A stretch of DNA of 64,000 nt from an uncultured Acidobacteriota bacterium (lineage in GTDB: Bacteria; Acidobacteriota; Terriglobia; UBA7540), in the NCBI GenBank assembly GCA_963804995.1, contig CAWDSK010000006.1, forward strand, positions 992,001 through 1,056,000, written 5' to 3'. Every line of letters starts with the position of its first letter. Within the stretch, counting starts at the first letter, position 1. The translations under genes were made by a program, and so were the position numbers. Positions 31,044 to 40,239 of the stretch are shown here, piece by piece. The notes beneath the pieces were generated by a model. It saw nothing but the letters and a program-made list of their open reading frames with translations. It did no database searches and was not told where the DNA came from.

Positions 31044-32263
31044 AACTACATCCCCGACCTTTGCAACGCGTGGCCCGTAGGACGGTTGACGCCCAAGATC
31101 GCAGTCAGGGATCCTGGGCCGCAGGGCAATCTGTCACCCCCGGCACCGCCCACATTCTGAGGACGGCGGCCCTCCCTTCCTCCCGAGTGCCGTGGCTGGT
31201 GCGAATTCTGCAGATACTGCTCATAACCTCCGCTGCCGGGTGCCTGTATGGATGCGGCGTGCAAGGCCCCCCACACCCACCGCGCCTGGAGCGGCCAGCA
31301 AAGATCTCAAACCTCACCGTCGCTCAGGTCGGGCAAACCCTGGAATTCCACTTCACCATTCCGCAGGAGACGAACGACGGCGAGCGCTTGATAAAGCCGT
31401 TGGAAGTGCAGTTACTGCGGGGCGTGGCTCCCCAGGCCAAGGGCCTTTCCAAGCTGCCGGAACCCGAAGTCTGGGTGACCCTCACCCGCGATGAGTGGTT
31501 CCCTTACGCGCACGATCGGGACGTTGCCTACCCCGCCCATCTCACGGAGAAGGAATTCCAATCCTGGCGTGGTCAGACTCTGGTGCTGGCTGTGCGCACG
31601 CTCACGCGTGGGTTTCGGCATCGTCCCCTCGAAAGCGACCCCTCAAACTTTGTGGACGTTCCCGTTCTGGACGTTTCAGAACCGGTGGGAAGCTTGTCCT
31701 GTGTGACCACGGAAAAAGCGGTGGAAGTCAGGTTCGTTCCCTCCACCCAGATGCTCAGCGGCCAACCGCTCCAGGGCGTTACGGGCTATAGGATCTACCG
31801 CAGCAATACCGGCCAACCCGGCAGCTTTGTGGTGCTGGGGCAGACGGTCGCTCCTCCTTACCGCGACAGCCAATTCGAGTTCGGCCACACGTACTACTAC
31901 ACGGTGCGCGCACTATTCGGTGAGCCTGCTCATACAGCCATGAGCGACAACTCGCAAGCGGCAAAGGTCACGCCTCGTGATATTTTCCCGCCTGCCCCGC
32001 CCCAGGGATTGACCGGCATCTTCTCCGCAGGTGGAGTGGAATTGGTGTGGACGGCGAATACGGAGACCGATCTGGCGGGCTACCGTGTCTATCGCCTGGG
32101 GAACCAAACACCGCAACTCTTGAACAAGGATTTGCTGCGCACGCCCATCTTTCGGGACGCAAACGCCGAGCCGGGGAAAATTCTCACCTATTACGTGACT
32201 GCGGTCGACCTCGCGGGCAATGAAGGTAAGCCCTCCGAGAAAGTGGAAGTGGAGACGAAATAG
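31040..32263 (+). CDS. Fibronectin type III domain lipoprotein
   Basis: Lipobox-like [31 protein letters not shown] and YYVTAVD.AGNE; true start probably downstream. Confidence 0.75.
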   Translation: MKLHPRPLQRVARRTVDAQDRSQGSWAAGQSVTPGTAHILRTAALPSSRVPWLVRILQILLITSAAGCLYGCGVQGPPHPPRLERPAKISNLTVAQVGQTLEFHFTIPQETNDGERLIKPLEVQLLRGVAPQAKGLSKLPEPEVWVTLTRDEWFPYAHDRDVAYPAHLTEKEFQSWRGQTLVLAVRTLTRGFRHRPLESDPSNFVDVPVLDVSEPVGSLSCVTTEKAVEVRFVPSTQMLSGQPLQGVTGYRIYRSNTGQPGSFVVLGQTVAPPYRDSQFEFGHTYYYTVRALFGEPAHTAMSDNSQAAKVTPRDIFPPAPPQGLTGIFSAGGVELVWTANTETDLAGYRVYRLGNQTPQLLNKDLLRTPIFRDANAEPGKILTYYVTAVDLAGNEGKPSEKVEVETK

Positions 32264-32304
32264 AAGGTCGTGCCGAAGGTTCCCCAGGGAGAAGCCGGAT
32301 TACA

Positions 32305-32769
32305 GTGACGCTATCGAAGGAACTCGGAATCGTAGTGGCGGGCACGAGCGTGGCAGCCGTCGCCGCCATGTGGACGTGGCGGACTCTGCGCCGGCGCCGC
32401 AAGGACCCTGCTGAAATCGAACGCCTTCGCCGCCTGGCCGTGAATGCGTGCGGACGCATCGTCCTGGGAAGAATTCTGGAACTAATGGAACTCGTCCCGG
32501 ACGGACCTGCGGGACCCATCCTTCTTTATGAGTATGAGGTGTCGGGCGTCACCTACCAGGCGGCGCAGGACGTGAGCGCCCTGCCGGAAATCGTCGCCGC
32601 CGCGCCCTACCTTCCCGGCCAGACTACCAGCGTTAAGTTCGACCCCAAACAGCCGACGAATTCCATTCTGGTATGCGAGGTCTGGTGTGGGGTTCCAGAC
32701 TTGGACCGCAGCAAGCGCACCCAAGACCAGCCGAGCGCCCCCCCCACCGAAGCTTTCGAAAATAGCTAA
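32305..32769 (+). CDS. Membrane-anchored hypothetical protein (DUF3592-like)
   Basis: N-terminal TM helix, YEYEVSGVTY and VKFDPKQPTNS. Confidence 0.6.
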   Translation: MTLSKELGIVVAGTSVAAVAAMWTWRTLRRRRKDPAEIERLRRLAVNACGRIVLGRILELMELVPDGPAGPILLYEYEVSGVTYQAAQDVSALPEIVAAAPYLPGQTTSVKFDPKQPTNSILVCEVWCGVPDLDRSKRTQDQPSAPPTEAFENS

Positions 32770-33082
32770 AGGGAATCCACCCCCCACAGGAGGGCAAGAT
32801 TTGCCTCATTCCGCCAGCTCCACTAGGGAACTGCTGCCTAACGATTCCGAGCCCAAGTCCCCGTCAGAAACCTCTGCGCTGGAACCCTCTGTATTTATGG
32901 GGATTAGCGGCGACCCGGAAAAGTCACCTTCGGTATCTCGGTTGCTCATAGAGGAGACGGAGAGGAAGTCCAGATCGAAGCGGAATGCTTCCGCGTGATT
33001 CTGAGCCGCCGGACGAAGTACATTGCGCCGGGGCCGGCAAAAACCTGGATTCTTTCTCCAATCCAGTCAGTTGAGGTGGACG

Positions 33083-33622
33083 ATGTCTCTTTCTGCCATA
33101 ACGGCAAGCAGTTTCTTTGGTCTGACCCATGCTTTGCAAGGTCAGAGTGGACAAACTGGGAAAGTCCAAAGTGAATTCCAGCAATTAGGTAAGGACTTGC
33201 AGTCCGGCAACCTGACCCAGGCCAAATCCGACTTCAGTATCCTGAGCCAGAACTTCTCGAATTCGACGCAAAGCACCAACCCTCTGTCCCAAGCGTTCAG
33301 CGCCCTGGGGCAAGCACTGCAGGGTGGGAATCTTTCTGCCGCGCAGACAGCTTATTCCACCATTTCGCAGGACGTGCAACAGGCAGGCGCCTCCGGGCAC
33401 CACCATCATCACCACCACGGGGGTGGCACCGAGAGCGGCAGTTCCAGTTCGAGTATGAACCTGGCACAAGCGTTTGGCACGCTTGGGCAAGCTCTTCAGT
33501 CTGGAAATCTGTCGTCGGCGCAGACCGCCTATTCGACGATTCAGCAGGATCTCACAGAGCTCGGCTGGAACGCCGCTTCGACGTCGCAATTGACAGCCGG
33601 CACCGTCAGCATGACTGCTTGA
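33083..33622 (+). CDS. Ser/Gln-rich helical-repeat protein with His tract
   Basis: Three F..LG..LQ.GNL..A repeats and HHHHHHH; GAGGT RBS. Confidence 0.7.
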   Translation: MSLSAITASSFFGLTHALQGQSGQTGKVQSEFQQLGKDLQSGNLTQAKSDFSILSQNFSNSTQSTNPLSQAFSALGQALQGGNLSAAQTAYSTISQDVQQAGASGHHHHHHHGGGTESGSSSSSMNLAQAFGTLGQALQSGNLSSAQTAYSTIQQDLTELGWNAASTSQLTAGTVSMTA

Positions 33623-33912
33623 TTCTTCCCAAGCTGGGGAATCGGCGAGTAGCCGAACTCATCGTGGCGGGTCGCAGGCCCCCCCTAAATCCTCCTCGGG
33701 GTATGCGACCCCCATGCTGAATCAATCCCGGCCGAGCGCGCAAGGTCGGTTTGTGGTGGGGGCGCTTGGGGAAGACCCCTCGCGGAAATGTGGATGAATC
33801 TTGACTTAGGTGTTTCCGGAACCGCCCTTGTAACAACCCACCGTTCCCACGCTTGACACTGCACGATGCCCCGCCCTACCATGACCGCCAACATAAATCA
33901 TAAGGAGGCGCG

Positions 33913-34677
33913 ATGAATACCCAATTTGATTTGACGGGCCAGGTAGCCTTGGTTACGGGCGCGGCCCGTGGACTGGGACACGCAATTTCGCTCGAACTGG
34001 CGCAAGCGGGAGCGGACGTAGCCCTGGGGCTGCGCGACGTGTCGACCGGCTCAGGGCTCGCCAGCGAAATCACTGCCTTGGGCCGCCAGGCTTTACCGCT
34101 GCAAATGGATGTGACACACCTCGATCAAATCTCGAGCGCCATCGCTGCCGTGGTCGCGCGCTTCGGCCGGCTCGATATTCTGGTCAACAACGCCGGCGGG
34201 GGATGGAGCAATCTTGCTGAGGATGTGAGCGAAAAAGAATTTGACGAAACCATCGACCTGAATGCCAAGTCCACGTTTTTTGCCTGCCAGGCCGCCCAGC
34301 GCGTCATGCGGCGCCAGATGAGCGGATCGATCATCAATATGAGCTCGCAGGCGGGGTTCGCAGCCTTGCCCACGGAATCGGTCTACTGCCTGAACAAGGC
34401 AGCGATCGCCCACCTCACCAAATGCCTCGCGGTCGAATGGGGCAAATACAACATCCGCGTAAACGCCGTTGCGCCCACCTTCATCGCCACGCCCGGAACC
34501 GAAGAGGCGCTCTCCGACCCCGCTTTCCGCGCCGACACGGTGGAGCGCATAGCCGCCTTGCATCGCATCGGCGAGCCGCGAGAAGTGGCGGGCGCCGTGG
34601 TGTTCCTGGCCTCGCCCGCGGCGTCGCTCATCACCGGCCACACTTTGCTGATTGACGGCGGTTGGACGGCACGCTGA
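33913..34677 (+). CDS. SDR family oxidoreductase
   Basis: TGAARGLG, NNAG and YCLNK; AAGGAGG RBS. Confidence 0.92.
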   Translation: MNTQFDLTGQVALVTGAARGLGHAISLELAQAGADVALGLRDVSTGSGLASEITALGRQALPLQMDVTHLDQISSAIAAVVARFGRLDILVNNAGGGWSNLAEDVSEKEFDETIDLNAKSTFFACQAAQRVMRRQMSGSIINMSSQAGFAALPTESVYCLNKAAIAHLTKCLAVEWGKYNIRVNAVAPTFIATPGTEEALSDPAFRADTVERIAALHRIGEPREVAGAVVFLASPAASLITGHTLLIDGGWTAR

Positions 34678-35089
34678 GCCACGCACAAAACGCTGGGGGT
34701 TTGTTGCAGGGGCGGTTCGCGGCGCGGCAAGATTTTGTGCCACGGGCATCTTGCCCGTGCTCGGGCATGGCCAGGATGGCCATGGCACAGCTTTGGTTGC
34801 GGCTCTGCCGCGCCGACAAGGGCTCTGCCCTTCCGGGCCCATCCTCACTTTTTCCCCCTCTGGGCCTCCCGGAAGGCATTGCCTTCCGGGAGGCCCTGGG
34901 GTTTCTACATTTTGTATGCGAACTCCGCCCGCGCCAACCCCCCGATTCCCGCAGGGCGACAGAAGAGCGGTTTGGCGACTAGATTCAGCCCCAAAGGGGC
35001 GAAATAACGAAGCCCAGGCCAACGGCCTGGGTTAAGATCATCCCCCAATTTTACCGCGAGCCCTGAAGGGGCGAGATAGGTGTTCCCCC

Positions 35090-35542
35090 ATGCCGCAATC
35101 GCTTTCGCAACTCTACGTTCACTTGATCTTCAGCACCAAACATCGCGAGCCGATGTTATTGTCGCCCGTGCGCGAAGACCTCCACGCCTACCTGGCGGCG
35201 GTTCTCAACAACCAGGACTCCCCGGCGCTGAAAGTCGGAGGCATGAGCGACCACGTTCATGCGCTGTTTCGATTGTCGAAGAACCTCGCGCTGGCAAAAA
35301 TCGTGGAGGAAGTGAAGACCAGTTCCTCGAAATGGGTCAAGACGCAAGGGCGCGGCTTAGCGAACTTCTATTGGCAGAGCGGCTACGGCGCGTTTTCGGT
35401 GGGCTCGGCGGATGTGGAAGAAGTCGTGGAATACATCGCGCAACAAGAAAGCCACCACCGCGTGGCCAGCTTTCAAGAGGAATTCCGGAAGCTCTTACAC
35501 GCGCACGGAATTGCCTACGACGAGCGGTACGTGTGGGATTGA
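35090..35542 (+). CDS. tnpA: IS200/IS605-family Y1 (HUH) transposase, stand-alone TnpA
   Basis: HLIFSTK.R, DHVH (HUH), WQSGYGAFSV and YIAQQ..HH. Confidence 0.92.
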   Translation: MPQSLSQLYVHLIFSTKHREPMLLSPVREDLHAYLAAVLNNQDSPALKVGGMSDHVHALFRLSKNLALAKIVEEVKTSSSKWVKTQGRGLANFYWQSGYGAFSVGSADVEEVVEYIAQQESHHRVASFQEEFRKLLHAHGIAYDERYVWD

Positions 35543-35566
35543 AGAAGACTGTTCCGCCCCTGATTT

Positions 35567-36060
35567 AGCCCCAAAGGGGCGAAATAACGAAGCCCAGGCC
35601 AACGGCCGGGTCAATGGGCGGGCCGCCCCATTTTTGTGCCTGAGCCCCAAAGGGGCGAAATAACGAAGCCCAGGCCAACGGCCTGGGTCAATGGGCGGGC
35701 CGCCCCATTTTTGTGCCTGAGCCCCAAAGGGGCGAAATAACGAAGCCCAGGCCAACGGCCTGGGTTTAGATTACCCCCCAATTTTGCCCCCAGCCCTGAA
35801 GGGGCGAGATAGGTGTTCCCCCATTCCGCAATCGCCTTCGCAACTCTACGTACATCACAGAACAAGAAAGCCACCACCGCGTGGCCAGCTTTCAAGAGGA
35901 ATTCCGGAAACTACTGGACGCGCACGCAATCGCCTACGACGACCGGTACGTGTGGGATTGAAAAGGATTGTTCCGCCCCTTCAGGGCTCGGGTATCGGTT
36001 TGGGTCCCGCTGACCCAGGCCGTTGGCCTGGGCTTCGTTATTTCGCCCCTTTGGGGCTCA
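35567..36060. repeat. Palindromic repeats of the IS200-like element (76-77-bp tandem) plus a second deleted tnpA copy
   Basis: AGCCCCAAAGGGGCGAAATAACGAAGCCCAGGCCAACGGCC at 34987, 35567, 35643 and 35720; inverted copies near 36013-36060 and 39749-39795; deleted tnpA remnant at ~35813-35961. Confidence 0.88.
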
Positions 36061-36199
36061 AGGACGGTTGCCGAAATCGGAAATATGGTGCCCGGGTTTC
36101 TTGACACCGACACCTTTCTGACACCCGAGGAGGGGGGCGACGCCACGTGAAACTCAGAATGCTGAGGGATGGCGACAAGAAATCGGAAATATCGTGCCT

Positions 36200-36289
36200 G
36201 TCCGAGTTTCTCCTGGTACGCCGAGGAAACAGGCGCACGGTGATGAAGAAATATCGGTCCGAAAGAAAAGGACGACGGAGCTTCGACAC
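36200..36289 (-). pseudogene. N-terminal remnant of a REP-associated tyrosine transposase (RAYT)-like gene
   Basis: GTG-SKLRRPFLSDRYFFITVRL resembles a RAYT N-terminus; a GTAG REP (36333-36363) lies just upstream; no HUH motif follows. Confidence 0.55.
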
Positions 36290-36404
36290 GGCGCTACAAT
36301 ACAACGGTTTGTAACATTATGGCGAGAAAAGACGCGGTCCGCAAAGGCGGCGGTCCGCGCTACGAACTAATCCTCCAAATGCCAAGCGAAGGCAGGAGAC
36401 AACA

Positions 36405-37190
36405 GTGGACAAATCGCTGACGAAGATGATTCGATTACTTTCGCCAAAATTCCCCGAATGGGACGAGACGCTGCAGCGGTTTGACCGGCAGAGCAAGGAC
36501 CTTACCGAGAGAGAAAATTACGACGCAGAGGTACGCACGATTCAGGAGGTTTGGAAGATTCTGGAAACAGTATTAAAAGTCTGCACGAAGGTAGGCGGCT
36601 ACAAAGACGATTGGGACTTCCCCGAAAAGCTCCACCTGATGATATGCGGCATTGACACGTGGGTGAAGTCCAAGAAGATGGGCGTACAGTTTGAAATCGG
36701 GCGCTATGACCGCGAGATTTTCCTTCAAACCTCGGTCCACGCGCCTCACTTTTTGAAAAAGATGGATGATGAATTCTGGGCCTGGTTCCTGGAATTGCGG
36801 ACCCTCGGCAACTTTTGCTTTGAGGAAAATGCGTGCCCGAAGTCGCAAGAGGGCCGGAACGCAATTGAAGCCATGAAAAGCTCGAAGAGCCATCTTTTCG
36901 CCCTGATTCGAAACTATGTGGTCCTGGAAATCTATGAGGATACTTCAGAGGGGCTTGGCTCGCTTCGAATAGAGTGGCCGCAGGCCACGCCGTGGGCCGA
37001 AATCTTGACGAACGCAGCGAAGGCTTTCCGCTGTTTCTATAAAATGAATTACAAGCTCCATAAGCTCGGTGGACCTGCAATAGACATGACGCAATTTACT
37101 CCCGATTTGGCGGCACTTGGTATGACCGACGAACAGGCTGCCGAGTTGTTTGAACGTCGTCCCAGTACCTTTCGGCCTCCAAAACCATGA
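36405..37190 (+). CDS. Hypothetical protein
   Basis: 261-aa ORF with AGGAG RBS; no family recognised. Confidence 0.65.
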   Translation: MDKSLTKMIRLLSPKFPEWDETLQRFDRQSKDLTERENYDAEVRTIQEVWKILETVLKVCTKVGGYKDDWDFPEKLHLMICGIDTWVKSKKMGVQFEIGRYDREIFLQTSVHAPHFLKKMDDEFWAWFLELRTLGNFCFEENACPKSQEGRNAIEAMKSSKSHLFALIRNYVVLEIYEDTSEGLGSLRIEWPQATPWAEILTNAAKAFRCFYKMNYKLHKLGGPAIDMTQFTPDLAALGMTDEQAAELFERRPSTFRPPKP

Positions 37191-37212
37191 TGGTGTGACA
37201 CCTTTTCCTCCG

Positions 37213-37470
37213 CTACCATGAGAGATCCGGATCGTGCGTGTAGCCGTCCGGTAGCTGTCTCAGCAATGACTCGACGGATGGCACCTGATTCTTGTCCGTC
37301 TCCGGGCTAGTCGTGGAGATATTGGCGTTCCTTCCCAGTTGCTGCAACTGGCATGTCCGTTCGGTGACCGCCGTGTTGTCGCAAGTGATCCCAGAGATGT
37401 TGCAGGTGCGTTTGTCACGATCATAGTAGATTACGCGGAAGTATCTGGGTTTCCTAGCTGGCATCTTCAT
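37213..37470 (-). CDS. Hypothetical protein
   Basis: 85-aa ORF with GAAGGGG RBS. Confidence 0.5.
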   Translation of the reverse strand: MKMPARKPRYFRVIYYDRDKRTCNISGITCDNTAVTERTCQLQQLGRNANISTTSPETDKNQVPSVESLLRQLPDGYTHDPDLSW

Positions 37471-37542
37471 TGTCCCCTTCCTGGCCTAACAAGAAAACGG
37501 CACCTGAAGCCCTTTTTCTGCCCGACTGTCGAGTTCCATTCG

Positions 37543-38496
37543 TCACTCCCCCGAGGACTGCGGGCTGACGGGTGTCTGCCCTTTGTTATCCGTAGTCGAT
37601 TGGACAATGCAATGCTTCTTGTGCTTGCCATCCGGCGGCCAGGGGCGATACTCCGAACGGAGAACTTCGCCACTGCCACGGACATGGAGACCAAAGAAAT
37701 ACGTGCCGTGGAGTTTCCCGAACAGCCCCGTGCCTTCTCGGTAGTCTGCAAAATGGGCGCGCACGAAGTGTGCGCAGGATTCCTTACCCTGCGCGGGGTC
37801 GAACGGCTCACCTACGGAATGCTTGGTCGATTTGTGAACCTCGATTATGTGGAAAGGTGGAGCCGAGAAGCCATGGACCCGCTTGAAACACTGAGGATGC
37901 TTACACGATCCCTCGACTTTCCTGATGGACACATTTTTGCAATGGAAAAAGGAAATAGAACATATCGCCGGTACAAATAGGGAGCCCATGGCATCGGCGA
38001 ATTCCTCCCGATCCTCTGCCCGAACACAAGCGGGTATCCTGTAGGTGCGGTTAAGAATGCGGCCTTCATGTGAAATTTCAGCTATCCAGGCCATGTTTTC
38101 GTAAGCCTGCTGGTCCAAAGGGTTCCGTGTGAACAGCGTTCCCCGCACCCAGTCCTCAACACCACCTCGATTGGCGCATTCCTTTTCTTCATCGCTGAGG
38201 TCCCACTTCTCAAACAGGACGCCAGCCAGCGTCGGTCGAGGATCAGCCGTGCGAACATCGCACTCTACAAACATCGCAGGGAACGGCAGCTTAAATTTCG
38301 GGCTGACCTCTTTGAAGTCGAATTCCTCGGCGACTTCCGCAGAGACCCAGTCAGCAATGTTCTGGGCATGAACCACGAATGCTGACCGAAGAGTCGTGAG
38401 TTTATGTTCGTGCGAGTCGAATCGGGCGGTCCTTTCGTAGGGCCACCAATGCCAGCGCCCGTCAAGAAGCTGTGTATAAAGCGTGGGATTCATCAT
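37543..38496 (-). CDS. Hypothetical protein, phage-like
   Basis: 317-aa ORF with KLPFPAMFVE and a C-terminal HFVRAHF...FFGLHVRG segment. Confidence 0.6.
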   Translation of the reverse strand: MMNPTLYTQLLDGRWHWWPYERTARFDSHEHKLTTLRSAFVVHAQNIADWVSAEVAEEFDFKEVSPKFKLPFPAMFVECDVRTADPRPTLAGVLFEKWDLSDEEKECANRGGVEDWVRGTLFTRNPLDQQAYENMAWIAEISHEGRILNRTYRIPACVRAEDREEFADAMGSLFVPAICSISFFHCKNVSIRKVEGSCKHPQCFKRVHGFSAPPFHIIEVHKSTKHSVGEPFDPAQGKESCAHFVRAHFADYREGTGLFGKLHGTYFFGLHVRGSGEVLRSEYRPWPPDGKHKKHCIVQSTTDNKGQTPVSPQSSGE

Positions 38497-39015
38497 TCAC
38501 CGTTGACAACTCATAATAGCTCTCTTCGTCCGGGACCATGCGACCCAAGTCATGCGGCTAATTCTACACGACGCCACGCGGGCTGGCGCAGATATGTTTT
38601 TGGGAAAACCGGGACTCGCACCATATTTCCCATTTACCGACATCACAGCTTCCGCCGCCGCCCAACCAGGGATTAGGGATTGGGAATTAGGGTCCTGTAA
38701 CCACCCCCCGTCGGAAAGCCGCGACCCCTCCTGAATCTCGTAAACACCCCCCGGCGCGAACGCGCCGTCCCCTTCCTTCACTGCGTTCAGGACAGGCGCT
38801 GAATCAGGAGGGGAGTCCGCCCGTCCGTCCGCCCTGGCAGCCTGTGGCGCGGAGCATCCGCCGGTTTTCCTCTGGGGGAAAGTGTCAGTGGGGAAAAGGG
38901 GTCAAGTACCTTTTTCGTTCAGGAATGATGCGCTAGAAGGGAGAAAGGGAGGGAAACATGGAAACGGTGCCACGTACCGTTCCTCTTCTGAAAGAAGGCA
39001 GGAGGATGGCGTGTG

Positions 39016-39249
39016 TTACTTCAGCGCTTCGTTAATTTCGATGTCCCGCTTGAGCACATCGGTCAACAGTTCCGACAAGCCCACACCCTTCTGCTCGGCC
39101 TTGGCGGAAAAGTACTGCCATACACTTTGCTCGATGGAGGCAGGCAGAAAGACCTTCGCGTCCGGGGGAATGTGGTGCAATCCCCGGACTCCCTTGCGGA
39201 AATCGATTTCCTCGGGCATCTGATCGTCGTTGATGGTGCTCTCACTCAT
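39016..39249 (-). CDS. BrnA/CopG-like antitoxin
   Basis: MPEEIDFRKGVRG...; overlaps the toxin stop (ATGA-type coupling). Confidence 0.7.
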   Translation of the reverse strand: MSESTINDDQMPEEIDFRKGVRGLHHIPPDAKVFLPASIEQSVWQYFSAKAEQKGVGLSELLTDVLKRDIEINEALK

Positions 39250-39551
39250 AGGTTTTCTTCGTAGAAGCGGATTTCGCTTCCTGTTGCCTGGCGAGCTGAA
39301 ATCAGCCGGATCTTCGTTATCGCCTGTTCCATTTCATGCCAGACATAAACAACGCAGAGAATCGCACCGTTAACCGCACAGCCGACGGAAAACCAACGCT
39401 CCTCAGCTTCGCTATGCTCCAAATCGGCCACGCTGAGCAGCCGCGGATCAGCAAATACGGACGAGGCAAGCTCAAAACTCACACCGTGCTTACGGATGTT
39501 GGCGGCAGCCTTGCTCTCGTCCCATTCGAACTGAAATTGCCGGTCGCTCAA
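39246..39551 (-). CDS. brnT: BrnT family toxin
   Basis: FEWDESKAAANIRKHGVSFE.A..VF.DP, HS..EERW and IRLISAR.AT..E...YE. Confidence 0.92.
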   Translation of the reverse strand: MSDRQFQFEWDESKAAANIRKHGVSFELASSVFADPRLLSVADLEHSEAEERWFSVGCAVNGAILCVVYVWHEMEQAITKIRLISARQATGSEIRFYEENL

Positions 39552-40239
39552 TGCCGGATCCCAGAGGCCTTAACGGCACCCGTAAAGGATTTTAGCACAG
39601 TCCCTCTTCCCGTGTGCCTTCGTGCCTCTGTCGCCAGATCCGTCTACTGACGGATGGGGGAGGTTGGTCTGGGGGATTGGGTAGGTCGCGCCCTTCGCTT
39701 TGCTCAGGGCAGGCCCTTCAGGGCTCGGCGTTGATGCGGGTTCCGTTGACCCAGGCCGTTGGCCGGGCTTCGTTAGGTCGCCCCTTTGGGGCTCAAAGAC
39801 CGCAGTGGCCTTGGCCAGGCTGGGCTTCGTCCGCGCCACATTTCATTTCCCATTGAAACGCGGCACGAAGGCCATTGTAGCCGGGAGCTAAACAATCCAC
39901 TTGGCCTTATAACGGCCAAACCGTGCTTTTGGGGTGGGGCGTGATGGGGGCCGAGGCGGCGTAATGCACATCCGAAATGTAGAAACTCCAGGGCCTCCCG
40001 GAAGGCATTGCCTTCCGGGGGGCCAGGAGGGGATTGGGGGTCAAGTCTCACGACGGAAAGGCACAGCCATTGTCGCCGCGGCGACCGAAGCCGCAGGTCT
40101 TCCCTCAAGGGCCAGTTCGCAATTCGGACAAGCCTGGTTCGCGACGCGCCTTCGCGATAACAACGTATGGCCACGCATCTGGCAGAATGCGGCGCGTATG
40201 CGCCACCCGCGAGCATGGTCAGAATCGCGAACCTTCCCG

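Larger units (their letters stand above)
34896..39991. mobile_element. 5.1-kb non-autonomous cargo element bounded by the TIRs of the 13.7-15.5 kb IS, with a 33-bp palindromic direct repeat
   Basis: CTGGGGTTTCTACATTT (34896) and AAATGTAGAAACTCCAG (39975-39991); GGCCTCCCGGAAGGCATTGCCTTCCGGG(A/G)GGCC at 34863-34895 and 39992-40024. Confidence 0.75.

Noticed and set aside
34093..35022. 309-aa minus-strand ORF
   Set aside because: Shadow of the SDR gene running into repeat DNA.
35543..36060. tnpB/omegaRNA module after tnpA
   Set aside because: Only palindromic repeats and a deleted tnpA copy follow.
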